DNA of 64,000 nucleotides, taken from the NCBI GenBank assembly GCA_947626075.1, contig CANQQW010000001.1, positions 14,213 to 78,212 of the forward strand, written 5' to 3'. Within the stretch, counting starts at the first letter, position 1, and every line of letters begins with the position of its first letter. The position numbers and the translations under genes are program-made. This DNA comes from an uncultured Clostridia bacterium (GTDB taxonomy: Bacteria > Bacillota > Clostridia > UBA1381). This document shows, piece after piece, positions 1 through 9,298 of this stretch. The notes beneath the pieces were generated by a model that was not told where the DNA came from, did no database searches, and saw only the letters and a list, made by a program, of their open reading frames with translations.

Positions 1-2
1 AT

Positions 3-3000
3 GTTCCTAATACAGACGAGAGCGACGGTGTTATAAGCTCAGACGCGCCTATCTCCTTTTTCAGCGCGAACGACTTTTTCGATATATCGCTTCTGAGCAC
101 AGGAGTAAACAGTATGATGATTGATAAAGACGGCGATGGCGAAGATGATAGTACTGTATTTTATGGCGATTGTACCGGCGATGGTTCCAGTTATGTAGAA
201 GGTGCACATTATCAAGATGGCGATAAAGTCGAATGGTGGCTTGACAGTGATGGTACATTAACATTTAAAGGTACTGGTTGTATTAAGGACTACGGTAAAC
301 AGAAAAATGCAAGACCGCCGTGGTATGGCGGGATACAGATACCTTATGACGTAAAAAATATTATTATAGGTGAAGGTATAAGATACATCGGAAGTGATGC
401 TTTTTCAGGTTTGGACAAAATAGAAACCGTGACCTATCCTGAAACAAGCTTAATTGATATAGGTTCCAGTGCATTTGAAAATAGCAGTATAAGAGAGTTT
501 AATATTCCCGATACCGTTAAATATATTCAAATGTATGCTTTTAGGGATTGTACAAAATTATTATATGAAGATTACGATGTGCCGGAAGAGAACAGAAAAA
601 CTTTGCATTTGCCAAATTCTTTGGTATCTTTAAGTTCTGGTGCTTTTCAAGGTTCATACTGTATACACAAAGTAGAGTTCCCGGAAGGTTTAACAAAGAT
701 ACCGGATAGTTGCTTTAAAGGTTGTAGCGCTTTAGGGAAACAGTATGATGAAGAAGCATATGTATTTCCTGATACAATAACAACTATAGGAAGTTCTGCG
801 TTCGCAAATACAGGTTTTAAGAATGTTATAATACCGGCAAATACCACTTTAGGAAATGCGATATTTATGGGAAGTGCCTTAAAAAAGGTCGAATTCGAAA
901 ATGGCGTAACAGAAGTGCCTAATTCTATGTTTAAAGAATGTGATGCCTTGGAAAATGTTAAAATGGTGGATAGTATAGAATCTATAGGCTCTGAAGCGTT
1001 TAGAGCTTGTACGAAGCTTCCCTATGTTGAAATACCACAGAACGTAACAGAAATAGGGAATGATGCTTTTTCTTATTGCTATAATCTTGAAGAGTTGAAC
1101 ATTCCGGCGAAAGTTGAATTAATAAAAGGAAATCCTGCCGTGTTCTCTTTTAGATTGAAGAATATCAATGTAGACCCTGAGAACGATTATTACGAGAGTA
1201 ATAATGGTGTATTGTTCACAAAAGGTTTAGAGGATTTAATATATTACCCTATATGGGGGAAAGAAGAAACAGAATATACTATTCCTAACGGTACAAAAAA
1301 TATTTTACAGAGTGCATTTGCAAAAAATACACTTACAGGCTCTGAAAAATATGAAACTCCGCCTGAAACACATCTTACTACTGTGCATTTTCCCGAAACG
1401 GTAAAAACGATAGGGAAAGAGGCGTTTTATGGCTTAGAAAGTTTAACCACTGTTACTTTAAATAATGGCTTGGAGAGTATAGGAGAAAAAGCATTTTCTT
1501 ATACAGGTCTGGAGAGTATAACGATACCGGAGACTGTAAATAAAATGCTTTCGGGAACATTTTTAAATTGTAAGTGTTTGACAACGGCAGAACTATCATC
1601 TAATCTAACAACAATATCGCAAGACACATTCAGCGGCTGCGTTCATTTAGGAGAGGTCATTGTTCCTGAAGGCATCACCTATATTGGTTCATATGCTTTT
1701 GCCAGTTGCGAAGAACTATCGTCAATTGCTTTACCAAGCACACTTGAGACTATAGATGTTTGCGGTTTTATGAACTGTAAAAATTTAAAAACTATAGAAT
1801 TGCCTAAAAGCTTGAAGGAAATATCTGTTAAAGGTTTACCGTTTGGGACTTTGGAAACAATTACGGTTAATGAAGAAAATACCACATATCGCGTAGACAA
1901 TGACGTTGCTCTTATAAATAACGATACAAAGACGTTGGTCGGATATTTGACACAAAATAAACAAACTATATATACTGTACCTGAAGATGTTGAGGTAATA
2001 GGAAAATATGCATTTTACAATGCTTCATATTTACAATCCATAAACCTCAGTAATATTACAGCTATCGAACGAAGTGCTTTTGAGGGGGCGTCCAAAATAC
2101 ATTTTACATTACCTGAAGGACTTAAATCAATCGGTGCATGGGCATTTTACAATATTGGAGTGGTGTCGAACTTAAAAATACCGGCATCTGTTATATCTAT
2201 AGGGCAAAAGGCGTTCGCTCAATCAAGTTCCGGAAAAGGCGTATCAGGAGTTTTAACCTTTGAGTCACAAGAAGAACCTAACGATAGCAGAAAACTTGTA
2301 TTTGAAATAAACCAGTTTTCCGGCACAGATGAATCAATAAGTAAGGCTTTCGATAAAAGCAGCCTCAGATCTATTGATTTTGGGAATAGAATAATTGTAT
2401 TCAATGGCTATGAATTTTCAAATAGTCCTCTTCTGATGTCCGTCGATATGTCCAAAGCAAGTGTAGCAACAATCGCAGTCAGTACATTTGACGGTTGTCC
2501 TTACTTGAACGATGTTCAGTTTTCGCCGTCTATTCAGAATATTTGTAATCGAGCATTCGCCGGTTCCACACAACTTGCTCAGATAACTATACCATGGAGC
2601 ATTCGGGGTATCTCTACAAATGCTTTTCTGGGTACAAGATTGCAGAAAATCGTGATACGTAGATTTAAACTTCCGTATATTGTAGAGAATGGTGATTCAA
2701 ATACAGAAGGAGCGGAAGTTATTTATGCGAACGCATATTATCCCCAAACGGCATATAATTATACAGGCGCAATGCCTAAGCCGACAGTAACTCTCGACGG
2801 TGAAAGCTTAATTGAAAACGTGGACTATACCATTGAATACGGTGAGTTGGACGAAGAAAATCAAATGGAAGCAACCATCCGAGGCGTACCGGGGCGTGTG
2901 GGAGGCTATGCGGTCGCTACGTTTAAATTGATACCTGACAGCATAACAAGAGCTACTTATGATCCGCTGCCCGATGTGACGTATACGGGCGATCCGTTCA

Positions 3001-6000
3001 AGCCAAAACCGGTACTGACGTATAAGTTTTTTGAGAACGGTCCCGGTCAGCTTGTCGAAGGTGAGGACTATACTCTTTCATGGGAGTCGAACGTGAACGC
3101 GGGTACGGGAAAGGTAATTGTTCGCGGCATAAACCGGTTTTCAGGTGAGATGTCAATACCGTTCACTATCAATAAGCGCAGTATAACCGAAGCGAGAATT
3201 ACACAGATACCCGCACAAGACTATACGGGAAATCCCATTACGCCTAACCCGACCTTGACGTATAACGGACATAAGCTGTTACAGTCCGCTGATTATACGC
3301 TAAGCTATTCGGATAATACTACGGATATAGGTACGGTAACCATTACCATAACAGGTATCGGTAACTTCGAGGGCACAGTTAATACAACGTTTGAGATTGA
3401 ACCGTCAGGAATTGAAGGGGTAGCCGTACATCATATACCCGACCAAGAATATAACGGCAAGCCGCAAGAACCTGATTTGACAATCACGTACAAAGGACGA
3501 ACGCTCGAGGAAGATACCGACTATACGTTAGACTACTCGAATAACGTAGATGTGGGTACTGCCACTGTTACCATTACAGGCGTGGAAAACTCGGGCTTTA
3601 CAGGTACAACAGAAGCCAATTTTAATATTATCGCGTGTCCAATATCCCGTGCGGCGATAGAAACACCCGATAATGTGACGTATACAGGTTCTGAGATCAC
3701 ACCCGGTCTGACTATTACATACAACGGCATGACGCTTGAACAGAATGTGGACTACACATTGGGCTACAGCGAGAACGTAAATGCGGGTATGGCAGAGATT
3801 ATTGTGACCGGTATAGGTAACTATTCAGGTACACGCAGCACTAACTTCGGTATAGATCCGTGTGAGATTTCCAAAGCTGATATTTCGGAAATAGACGAGC
3901 AGATGTATACGGGTGAGGTAATCACACCCAAGCCGACGCTCTCGTTCAACGGTAAGACACTGGTACAGGGCGTAGACTATACGCTGTACTATTCCGAAAA
4001 CAGGGATATTGGTACGGCTACTATTACAATAACAGGTAACGGCAACTTTACCGGTGTGACAACTACCACGTTCCAAATCATAGCATCCGATATTAAGGAT
4101 GTCATAGTGCTTAACATACCCGACCAGCTATATACCGGTAAGCAGATAACGCCTGATCCGACAATTATGTTTAACGGGCGACTGCTGGCTAAAGACTACG
4201 ACTATACACTAAGTTATGAAAATAACGTGGACGTAGGCACGGCTACGGTAACGATAACAAGTGTAGAGGAATCGGACTTTGTGGGTACGGCTACCAAGAC
4301 GTTTGAAATTGTTCCAAGACCTATCGCTGACGCGGCTATTACTCTGCCGAAGCATGAGACATATACGGGCGATCCGATAACACCACACCTAACAATTGAG
4401 TTTGAGGGTATGAGCCTTGTAGTAGGCAAGGACTACAATATATCATATGATAGTAACACCAATGTCGGAATGGCAGAAATAGTAATTGAGGGTATCAATA
4501 ATTTTGAAGGTTCACGGCATACGGTGTTTACAATTGTACCCCGCAACATCTTTGAAGCGGACATCACGGAAATACCGCCGCAGCACTATACGGGCGATGC
4601 TCTGACACCTGAACCGACTATCTCGTATCGCGGTAAGCCACTTACAAAGAACGTCGATTATGTATTGATGTACGCGAACAACGTAAGGGAAGGTACGGCT
4701 ACGGTAACGGTAAGGGGTGTTGGTAACTTTACAGACATAGCAACAACGACATTCAAAATCGAGTCGTCAGGTGTTGACGGCGTAGTAGTTTTAGGTATAC
4801 CCGACCAAGTATATACGGGTAAGCCCATAACTCCTGAACCGACTATCTCGTATCGCGGTAAAACACTCACGAAGGACGAAGATTACACCTTGGACTATGA
4901 GAATAACATCAATGTAGGACGTGCAACGGTTAAAATCACGGGCATAGCAGGTTCGGGATTTGACGGAACGACAACTGTTTCGTTCAATATAACGCACAAA
5001 CCGATTGCTGACGCGGCAATTAAGCTGCCTGAGCACCATGTCTATACCGGTGAACCGATACAACCGGAAATGGAAGTCACGTTAGAGGATTTGACGCTTG
5101 TCAAGGACAAAGACTATACGGTAGACTATGATGATAATACGCGTGTTGGTACAGCCGAAGTGGTTATAACGGGCGTAGGCAACTTTGCCGGCACAAGACA
5201 TACGGTATTTGCTATCATGCCTTGCGATATAGAGGATACGGATATAGACGATATACCCGCACAGGACTATACAGGCTATCATATAACGCCTGATCCGCAT
5301 ATATCATATAACGGTCAGGATTTGATATTCGGACGCGATTATACGTTAAAGTATGAAGATAACCTTGAGGTAGGTACTGCTACCGTTACTATCGCCGGAA
5401 ACGGTAATTTTACGGGCACAGTGGACAAGACGTTTGAAATATCGGAAATGGATATTGATTATGTCGATATTGCGCCTATACCGTCACAAACATATACCGG
5501 TTATGAGATAACGCCCGAGATGTCAATCACGTTCCACGGCAGAACGCTTGTTAAGGGCTTGGACTATACGGTTGAGTTTGAGAATAACAAGGACGTAGGT
5601 ACGGCTACGGTAATAATTACAGGTATTCCCGAAGCGGGCGTTAAAGGAACAAAGGAAACAGAGTTTGACATAACTCCCGCACAAATAAGCTCTGCTAAGG
5701 TATCATCGGTACCGAAGCATGAAACATACACGGGCGATCCGTATACACCTGAACCGACGCTTGTGTTCAACGGTATAGAGCTTGTTAAAGATGTCGATTA
5801 CACGTTGGACTACTCGAATAACGTAGACGCGGGTGAGGTTGTAATCACCATTACCGGTATGGGTAATTTTGAGGGTACAATGACCGAAACGTTTGTTATA
5901 GAAGCTGTGCTTATAACCAACGTTGAAGTAACCGCTATCCCGGCAGAAACATATTCGGGTGAGGAAATAACCCCTGAACCGACAGTGACGTATGAAGGTA

Positions 6001-8165
6001 ATGAGCTTACAATGGGCGAAGATTATGTGCTGGAATACGATAATAACCTTAACGCGGGTACAGCTATGGTAATCATACGCGGTATAGGTAACTATACGGG
6101 CACAACCAACAGGGTATTCACGATCAATTCGCAGCTTATAAGCAACACGGATATGTCCATTGAGGACGTAGAATTTACAGGCTATCCTCAGGACGGACAT
6201 CTTGCACTGACATACGGTGACAATACACTTGTTAAAGACAAGGACTATACGGCATCGTTTATCAATAATATCAATGTAGGTACTGCTACCGCAATCATTA
6301 CCGGTGTAGGCAATTTTGCGGGTAATCTTACGTCCGGATTTGATATATTACAACGACTTATTACGTTGAAAAACATCAAAGCTGAACCTATACCCACACA
6401 GGCATATACCGGCTATGAAGTAACACCTAAACCTGTCATATGGTACGGTGATTTCCTGCTTGAGGAAGATAAGGACTATACGCTTGAATACCGTAATAAC
6501 GTTAATGTAGGCACAGCGAGTGTAGATGTGACGTTTATGGGTAACTATACGGGCAAAATAACCTTGGATTTTGAGATACAAAAGTATCGCGTAACGGCAT
6601 CGAATAATGGCGGCTACATTGACGGGGCAAAGACAGAGTATGTAGACGACAACAATATCAATGTTACGCTTCCTGACGGTGTGGTATTCGACTACGACGA
6701 CAGAGTACATGTGACCGTAACAGATATGGACGGCAACCCTGTAGAGGGCGTTACGGTCCATGTAACAGACAGTAACGGTACGGTAGAGCAAGACACTACA
6801 GATGAGCAAGGTGACGCTTCTGTGCCGCCGCAAAAGACCGATACGACCGATAAAAACGGTCAAGGTGAAATTATAATAACAGACGACGACGGCAACGTTA
6901 CGGGCAGGTATACGGTCACTGTGAGCGATGAGAGTGGTCCTGTAAAAGACGCATTTTTGTCATTAACAAACGACGGCAATTTAAGTGTTACAATGCCTGA
7001 CGGCAAGGTCGTAGGCGCGTCTAACAGAGTAACGGTCAGTGTTAAAGACGAGAATGGCGAGGGTGTAGCTGATTTGACAGTAACAGTATCGGATACAGCT
7101 GAAACACCGTCAACGTTCAGTGGTAAGACATCGAACACCGGTTCTGTGACCTTACCGCCTAAATCGTCAGTTTCAAGCGGCGGCGGTGGCGGTGGTTCAT
7201 CAGGTGGTGGCGGCGGTGGTGGTTCGTCAAGTGGCGTACTAACCCCGTCTGCAACAGTAACCGATGATACCAACCAAGAGTTGACCGTTGAAGAAGAGAA
7301 GTCAAAAACCGGCGATTATACCATTACTCTGCCGGAGTCTGAAAACCTTGAAGACGGCAAAGAATATACCGTTACATTGCCGGGCAAGAAAGAGGGCGTA
7401 AAGGTTACTCTAAAGGATAAGTTCGGTAATGAAGTATCAGGTATTACCGATAAAGGTGGAAAGGTTGTTCTTAAGTATAAGAAGACGGCAATAGAACCGA
7501 CAGAGCCGACAGACACGGTAGAGCACAGCGCATACATTTACGGCGATGATTACGGCTTATTCAGACCTGATAATATGATGACACGAGCTGAAGCGGCTAC
7601 TATATTTGCACAAAATATATCGCAGCGTCTTGACGAGGATATTTCCGATAACAATTCACAGTTTGCTGATGTTTTGCCGGGTACATGGTATAATAAATAT
7701 ATCGCATATCTCGAAGGTTATGACATCATAACAGGCTATGAAGACGGTTTATTCTATCCTGAAACACCTATTACGCGTACCGAGTTTGTAACCATGTGCA
7801 AGAAGTATTACGAGCTTTATGATACCGTTGAGGAATTTAACGAGAATATATTCCCCGACGTCCCCGATACACATTGGGGTGTTGCATACATAAAAGACTC
7901 CGTTGGTATGGGCTGGATAAGCGGTTATGAAGACGGCACGTTTAAGCCTGATAACTTTATCACGCGTTCAGAGGTAGTGGCTATCATTAATAGAGTACTC
8001 GGACGTTCCACTGACAGGGAGTATATAAACAGCAACATTGAAGCAGTGGCACAGTTCACTGATGTACCGACTACACATTGGGCATACTACGACATACTCG
8101 AAGCTTGTAATTCACATACCTGCTCCAATGAGTCAACCGGTGAGGTTTGGGTAAAGGTTCAATAA
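3..8165 (+). CDS. Giant surface protein (5'-partial): BspA-type LRR region, 17 Ig-like repeats, further beta-sandwich repeats, Gly/Ser linker, three C-terminal SLH domains
   Basis: Frame is open from base 3 (VPNTDES...) to the ATG at 114, so the true start is upstream. LRR_5-like IGxxAFxxCxxL repeats, YTG..ITP..DYT..Y.NN..VGTATVTITG.GNF repeats, and SLH motifs (FRPDNMMTRAEAA, FYPETPITRTEF, FKPDNFITRSEV). Confidence 0.9.
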   Translation, partial: VPNTDESDGVISSDAPISFFSANDFFDISLLSTGVNSMMIDKDGDGEDDSTVFYGDCTGDGSSYVEGAHYQDGDKVEWWLDSDGTLTFKGTGCIKDYGKQKNARPPWYGGIQIPYDVKNIIIGEGIRYIGSDAFSGLDKIETVTYPETSLIDIGSSAFENSSIREFNIPDTVKYIQMYAFRDCTKLLYEDYDVPEENRKTLHLPNSLVSLSSGAFQGSYCIHKVEFPEGLTKIPDSCFKGCSALGKQYDEEAYVFPDTITTIGSSAFANTGFKNVIIPANTTLGNAIFMGSALKKVEFENGVTEVPNSMFKECDALENVKMVDSIESIGSEAFRACTKLPYVEIPQNVTEIGNDAFSYCYNLEELNIPAKVELIKGNPAVFSFRLKNINVDPENDYYESNNGVLFTKGLEDLIYYPIWGKEETEYTIPNGTKNILQSAFAKNTLTGSEKYETPPETHLTTVHFPETVKTIGKEAFYGLESLTTVTLNNGLESIGEKAFSYTGLESITIPETVNKMLSGTFLNCKCLTTAELSSNLTTISQDTFSGCVHLGEVIVPEGITYIGSYAFASCEELSSIALPSTLETIDVCGFMNCKNLKTIELPKSLKEISVKGLPFGTLETITVNEENTTYRVDNDVALINNDTKTLVGYLTQNKQTIYTVPEDVEVIGKYAFYNASYLQSINLSNITAIERSAFEGASKIHFTLPEGLKSIGAWAFYNIGVVSNLKIPASVISIGQKAFAQSSSGKGVSGVLTFESQEEPNDSRKLVFEINQFSGTDESISKAFDKSSLRSIDFGNRIIVFNGYEFSNSPLLMSVDMSKASVATIAVSTFDGCPYLNDVQFSPSIQNICNRAFAGSTQLAQITIPWSIRGISTNAFLGTRLQKIVIRRFKLPYIVENGDSNTEGAEVIYANAYYPQTAYNYTGAMPKPTVTLDGESLIENVDYTIEYGELDEENQMEATIRGVPGRVGGYAVATFKLIPDSITRATYDPLPDVTYTGDPFKPKPVLTYKFFENGPGQLVEGEDYTLSWESNVNAGTGKVIVRGINRFSGEMSIPFTINKRSITEARITQIPAQDYTGNPITPNPTLTYNGHKLLQSADYTLSYSDNTTDIGTVTITITGIGNFEGTVNTTFEIEPSGIEGVAVHHIPDQEYNGKPQEPDLTITYKGRTLEEDTDYTLDYSNNVDVGTATVTITGVENSGFTGTTEANFNIIACPISRAAIETPDNVTYTGSEITPGLTITYNGMTLEQNVDYTLGYSENVNAGMAEIIVTGIGNYSGTRSTNFGIDPCEISKADISEIDEQMYTGEVITPKPTLSFNGKTLVQGVDYTLYYSENRDIGTATITITGNGNFTGVTTTTFQIIASDIKDVIVLNIPDQLYTGKQITPDPTIMFNGRLLAKDYDYTLSYENNVDVGTATVTITSVEESDFVGTATKTFEIVPRPIADAAITLPKHETYTGDPITPHLTIEFEGMSLVVGKDYNISYDSNTNVGMAEIVIEGINNFEGSRHTVFTIVPRNIFEADITEIPPQHYTGDALTPEPTISYRGKPLTKNVDYVLMYANNVREGTATVTVRGVGNFTDIATTTFKIESSGVDGVVVLGIPDQVYTGKPITPEPTISYRGKTLTKDEDYTLDYENNINVGRATVKITGIAGSGFDGTTTVSFNITHKPIADAAIKLPEHHVYTGEPIQPEMEVTLEDLTLVKDKDYTVDYDDNTRVGTAEVVITGVGNFAGTRHTVFAIMPCDIEDTDIDDIPAQDYTGYHITPDPHISYNGQDLIFGRDYTLKYEDNLEVGTATVTIAGNGNFTGTVDKTFEISEMDIDYVDIAPIPSQTYTGYEITPEMSITFHGRTLVKGLDYTVEFENNKDVGTATVIITGIPEAGVKGTKETEFDITPAQISSAKVSSVPKHETYTGDPYTPEPTLVFNGIELVKDVDYTLDYSNNVDAGEVVITITGMGNFEGTMTETFVIEAVLITNVEVTAIPAETYSGEEITPEPTVTYEGNELTMGEDYVLEYDNNLNAGTAMVIIRGIGNYTGTTNRVFTINSQLISNTDMSIEDVEFTGYPQDGHLALTYGDNTLVKDKDYTASFINNINVGTATAIITGVGNFAGNLTSGFDILQRLITLKNIKAEPIPTQAYTGYEVTPKPVIWYGDFLLEEDKDYTLEYRNNVNVGTASVDVTFMGNYTGKITLDFEIQKYRVTASNNGGYIDGAKTEYVDDNNINVTLPDGVVFDYDDRVHVTVTDMDGNPVEGVTVHVTDSNGTVEQDTTDEQGDASVPPQKTDTTDKNGQGEIIITDDDGNVTGRYTVTVSDESGPVKDAFLSLTNDGNLSVTMPDGKVVGASNRVTVSVKDENGEGVADLTVTVSDTAETPSTFSGKTSNTGSVTLPPKSSVSSGGGGGGSSGGGGGGGSSSGVLTPSATVTDDTNQELTVEEEKSKTGDYTITLPESENLEDGKEYTVTLPGKKEGVKVTLKDKFGNEVSGITDKGGKVVLKYKKTAIEPTEPTDTVEHSAYIYGDDYGLFRPDNMMTRAEAATIFAQNISQRLDEDISDNNSQFADVLPGTWYNKYIAYLEGYDIITGYEDGLFYPETPITRTEFVTMCKKYYELYDTVEEFNENIFPDVPDTHWGVAYIKDSVGMGWISGYEDGTFKPDNFITRSEVVAIINRVLGRSTDREYINSNIEAVAQFTDVPTTHWAYYDILEACNSHTCSNESTGEVWVKVQ
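2750..6590 (+). repeat. 17 tandem ~80-aa Ig-like coding repeats
   Basis: Counted 17 Y[TNS]G/FTG-initiated units in the translation; boundaries approximate. Confidence 0.85.
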
Positions 8166-8173
8166 ATAATACG

Positions 8174-8203
8174 AAAGAAGGGCTTTGAAGCCCTTCTTTT
8201 TTT
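8174..8203 (+). terminator. Intrinsic terminator
   Basis: AAAGAAGGGCTT-TG-AAGCCCTTCTTT followed by T run. Confidence 0.9.
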
Positions 8204-8238
8204 ACTAATTTTTTTATTAAATTTTTCTAATTAAACGC

Positions 8239-8267
8239 TTGACATGAAATTTCCACTATGATATAAT
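8239..8267 (+). promoter_or_regulatory. Consensus sigma-A promoter with extended -10
   Basis: TTGACA (8239-8244), 17 bp, TG-n-TATAAT (8262-8267). Confidence 0.85.
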
Positions 8268-8273
8268 ACAGAT

Positions 8274-8502
8274 AAGTTATATGAAGTATTATGGAACGGA
8301 ACCACTATGTGATTTTGTTTCAACACTATTAAAAGTGACCGTTGGCGGGATTTTTGTACCATTTTTTATGAAGTAGTATAAAAATCCCTTTTGTTTATTT
8401 ACATCATTAGCAGAACGCAAAAAGACAAGTCGGTTACTTAAAAAATCAAGTTAAAAAAGAGAACGAAGATAATTATATTTTCGTTCTCTTTTTCTTTTTT
8501 TT
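8274..8502 (+). ncRNA. Candidate structured sRNA or attenuator leader
   Basis: Lies between a consensus promoter and a strong terminator. Nested helices AAGTGACCG/CGGTTACTT (8333-8341/8431-8439) and GGGATTTTTGTAC/GTATAAAAATCCC (8347-8359/8376-8388). No known family recognised. Confidence 0.4.
8454..8502. terminator. Strong, possibly bidirectional intrinsic terminator
   Basis: 14-bp stem AAAAAGAGAACGAA / TTCGTTCTCTTTTT with long T tail. Confidence 0.85.
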
Positions 8503-8586
8503 CTCAAGATGCTTATGTAATCATGTGTTCTCAAGGAGTTGTGTGCATATTTCCTTCTTGTTCCCGTAAAGAAAGGAATAAAGATT

Positions 8587-9105
8587 ATGGAAAAAACTCA
8601 AGAAGATTTAATATTGGACAATATAGATACCGCAAAGAATCTGGTACAAAGTATTTCCCAACGCCTACATTTAAGACCATCCACGCGCGAAGAATGTGAA
8701 GATATAGCCTTTTTTCAATTATGTAAGTGTGCATCCCAGTACGATGCAACGAAAGGCAAGTTTAAGACATATTTTGAAAAAAACGCAAGGTTCAAGATTT
8801 GGACATCCCTAAAAAAGGAGTTTCTGCATGGTATGTCGTATAGCAATAATTTAAATCTGCAAAACACACGGCAAATAGATTTAGATTTGAGCGAAATAGA
8901 AGCTACGAACGATGACATTACCGAAGCTGAAATAATCTTAGACATTAATAATATCCTTACGAAAAAACAACGCGATGCGTTTACTTATCTCCGTCAGGGA
9001 TTTGACAATCATAAAATTGCAGCAATTATAGGGATTTCAGATCGTGCTGCTCGCGCGTTAGTGCAACGTGTCAAAGATAAAATTTATATTGTTATCACTT
9101 CTTAA
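8587..9105 (+). CDS. Sigma-70-family (ECF/group 4-like) sigma factor
   Basis: Region-2-like EDIAFFQLCKCASQYDATKGKFKTY and region-4 HTH LTKKQRDAFTYLRQGFDNHKIAAIIGIS. ATG 8587 chosen from RBS AAAGGA. Confidence 0.7.
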   Translation: MEKTQEDLILDNIDTAKNLVQSISQRLHLRPSTREECEDIAFFQLCKCASQYDATKGKFKTYFEKNARFKIWTSLKKEFLHGMSYSNNLNLQNTRQIDLDLSEIEATNDDITEAEIILDINNILTKKQRDAFTYLRQGFDNHKIAAIIGISDRAARALVQRVKDKIYIVITS

Positions 9106-9173
9106 GTGAGGATAGATAGCAGAGAAACATGATTTATATAATATTTAACAACATGGAATAAGAAAGGAAACTT

Positions 9174-9206
9174 GGGAATGAGAGGTAATAATATATTCTC
9201 ATTCCC
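9174..9206. other. Inverted repeat / hairpin
   Basis: GGGAATGAGA (9174-9183) / TCTCATTCCC (9197-9206); no T tail. Confidence 0.55.
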
Positions 9207-9298
9207 CCACAATTCCATCTAATTTAATAAATAATTAACGCTTTGTAAGAAAGCTATTAACATATATGTGTATCATTTAAGTGAGGAGTGAATAGTAT

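Noticed and set aside
2750-6590. Diversity-generating retroelement or contingency cassette in the adhesin repeats
   Set aside because: Repeats are in-frame domain duplications; no reverse transcriptase, invertase or A-specific variation seen.
6348-7537. Minus-strand ORFs of 171, 137 and 73 aa
   Set aside because: Antisense shadows of the low-complexity adhesin coding region.
8274-8502. Known riboswitch (c-di-GMP, T-box, cobalamin, SAM, FMN)
   Set aside because: Diagnostic conserved motifs not found here or at 11367-11546; both kept only as unknown structured-RNA candidates.
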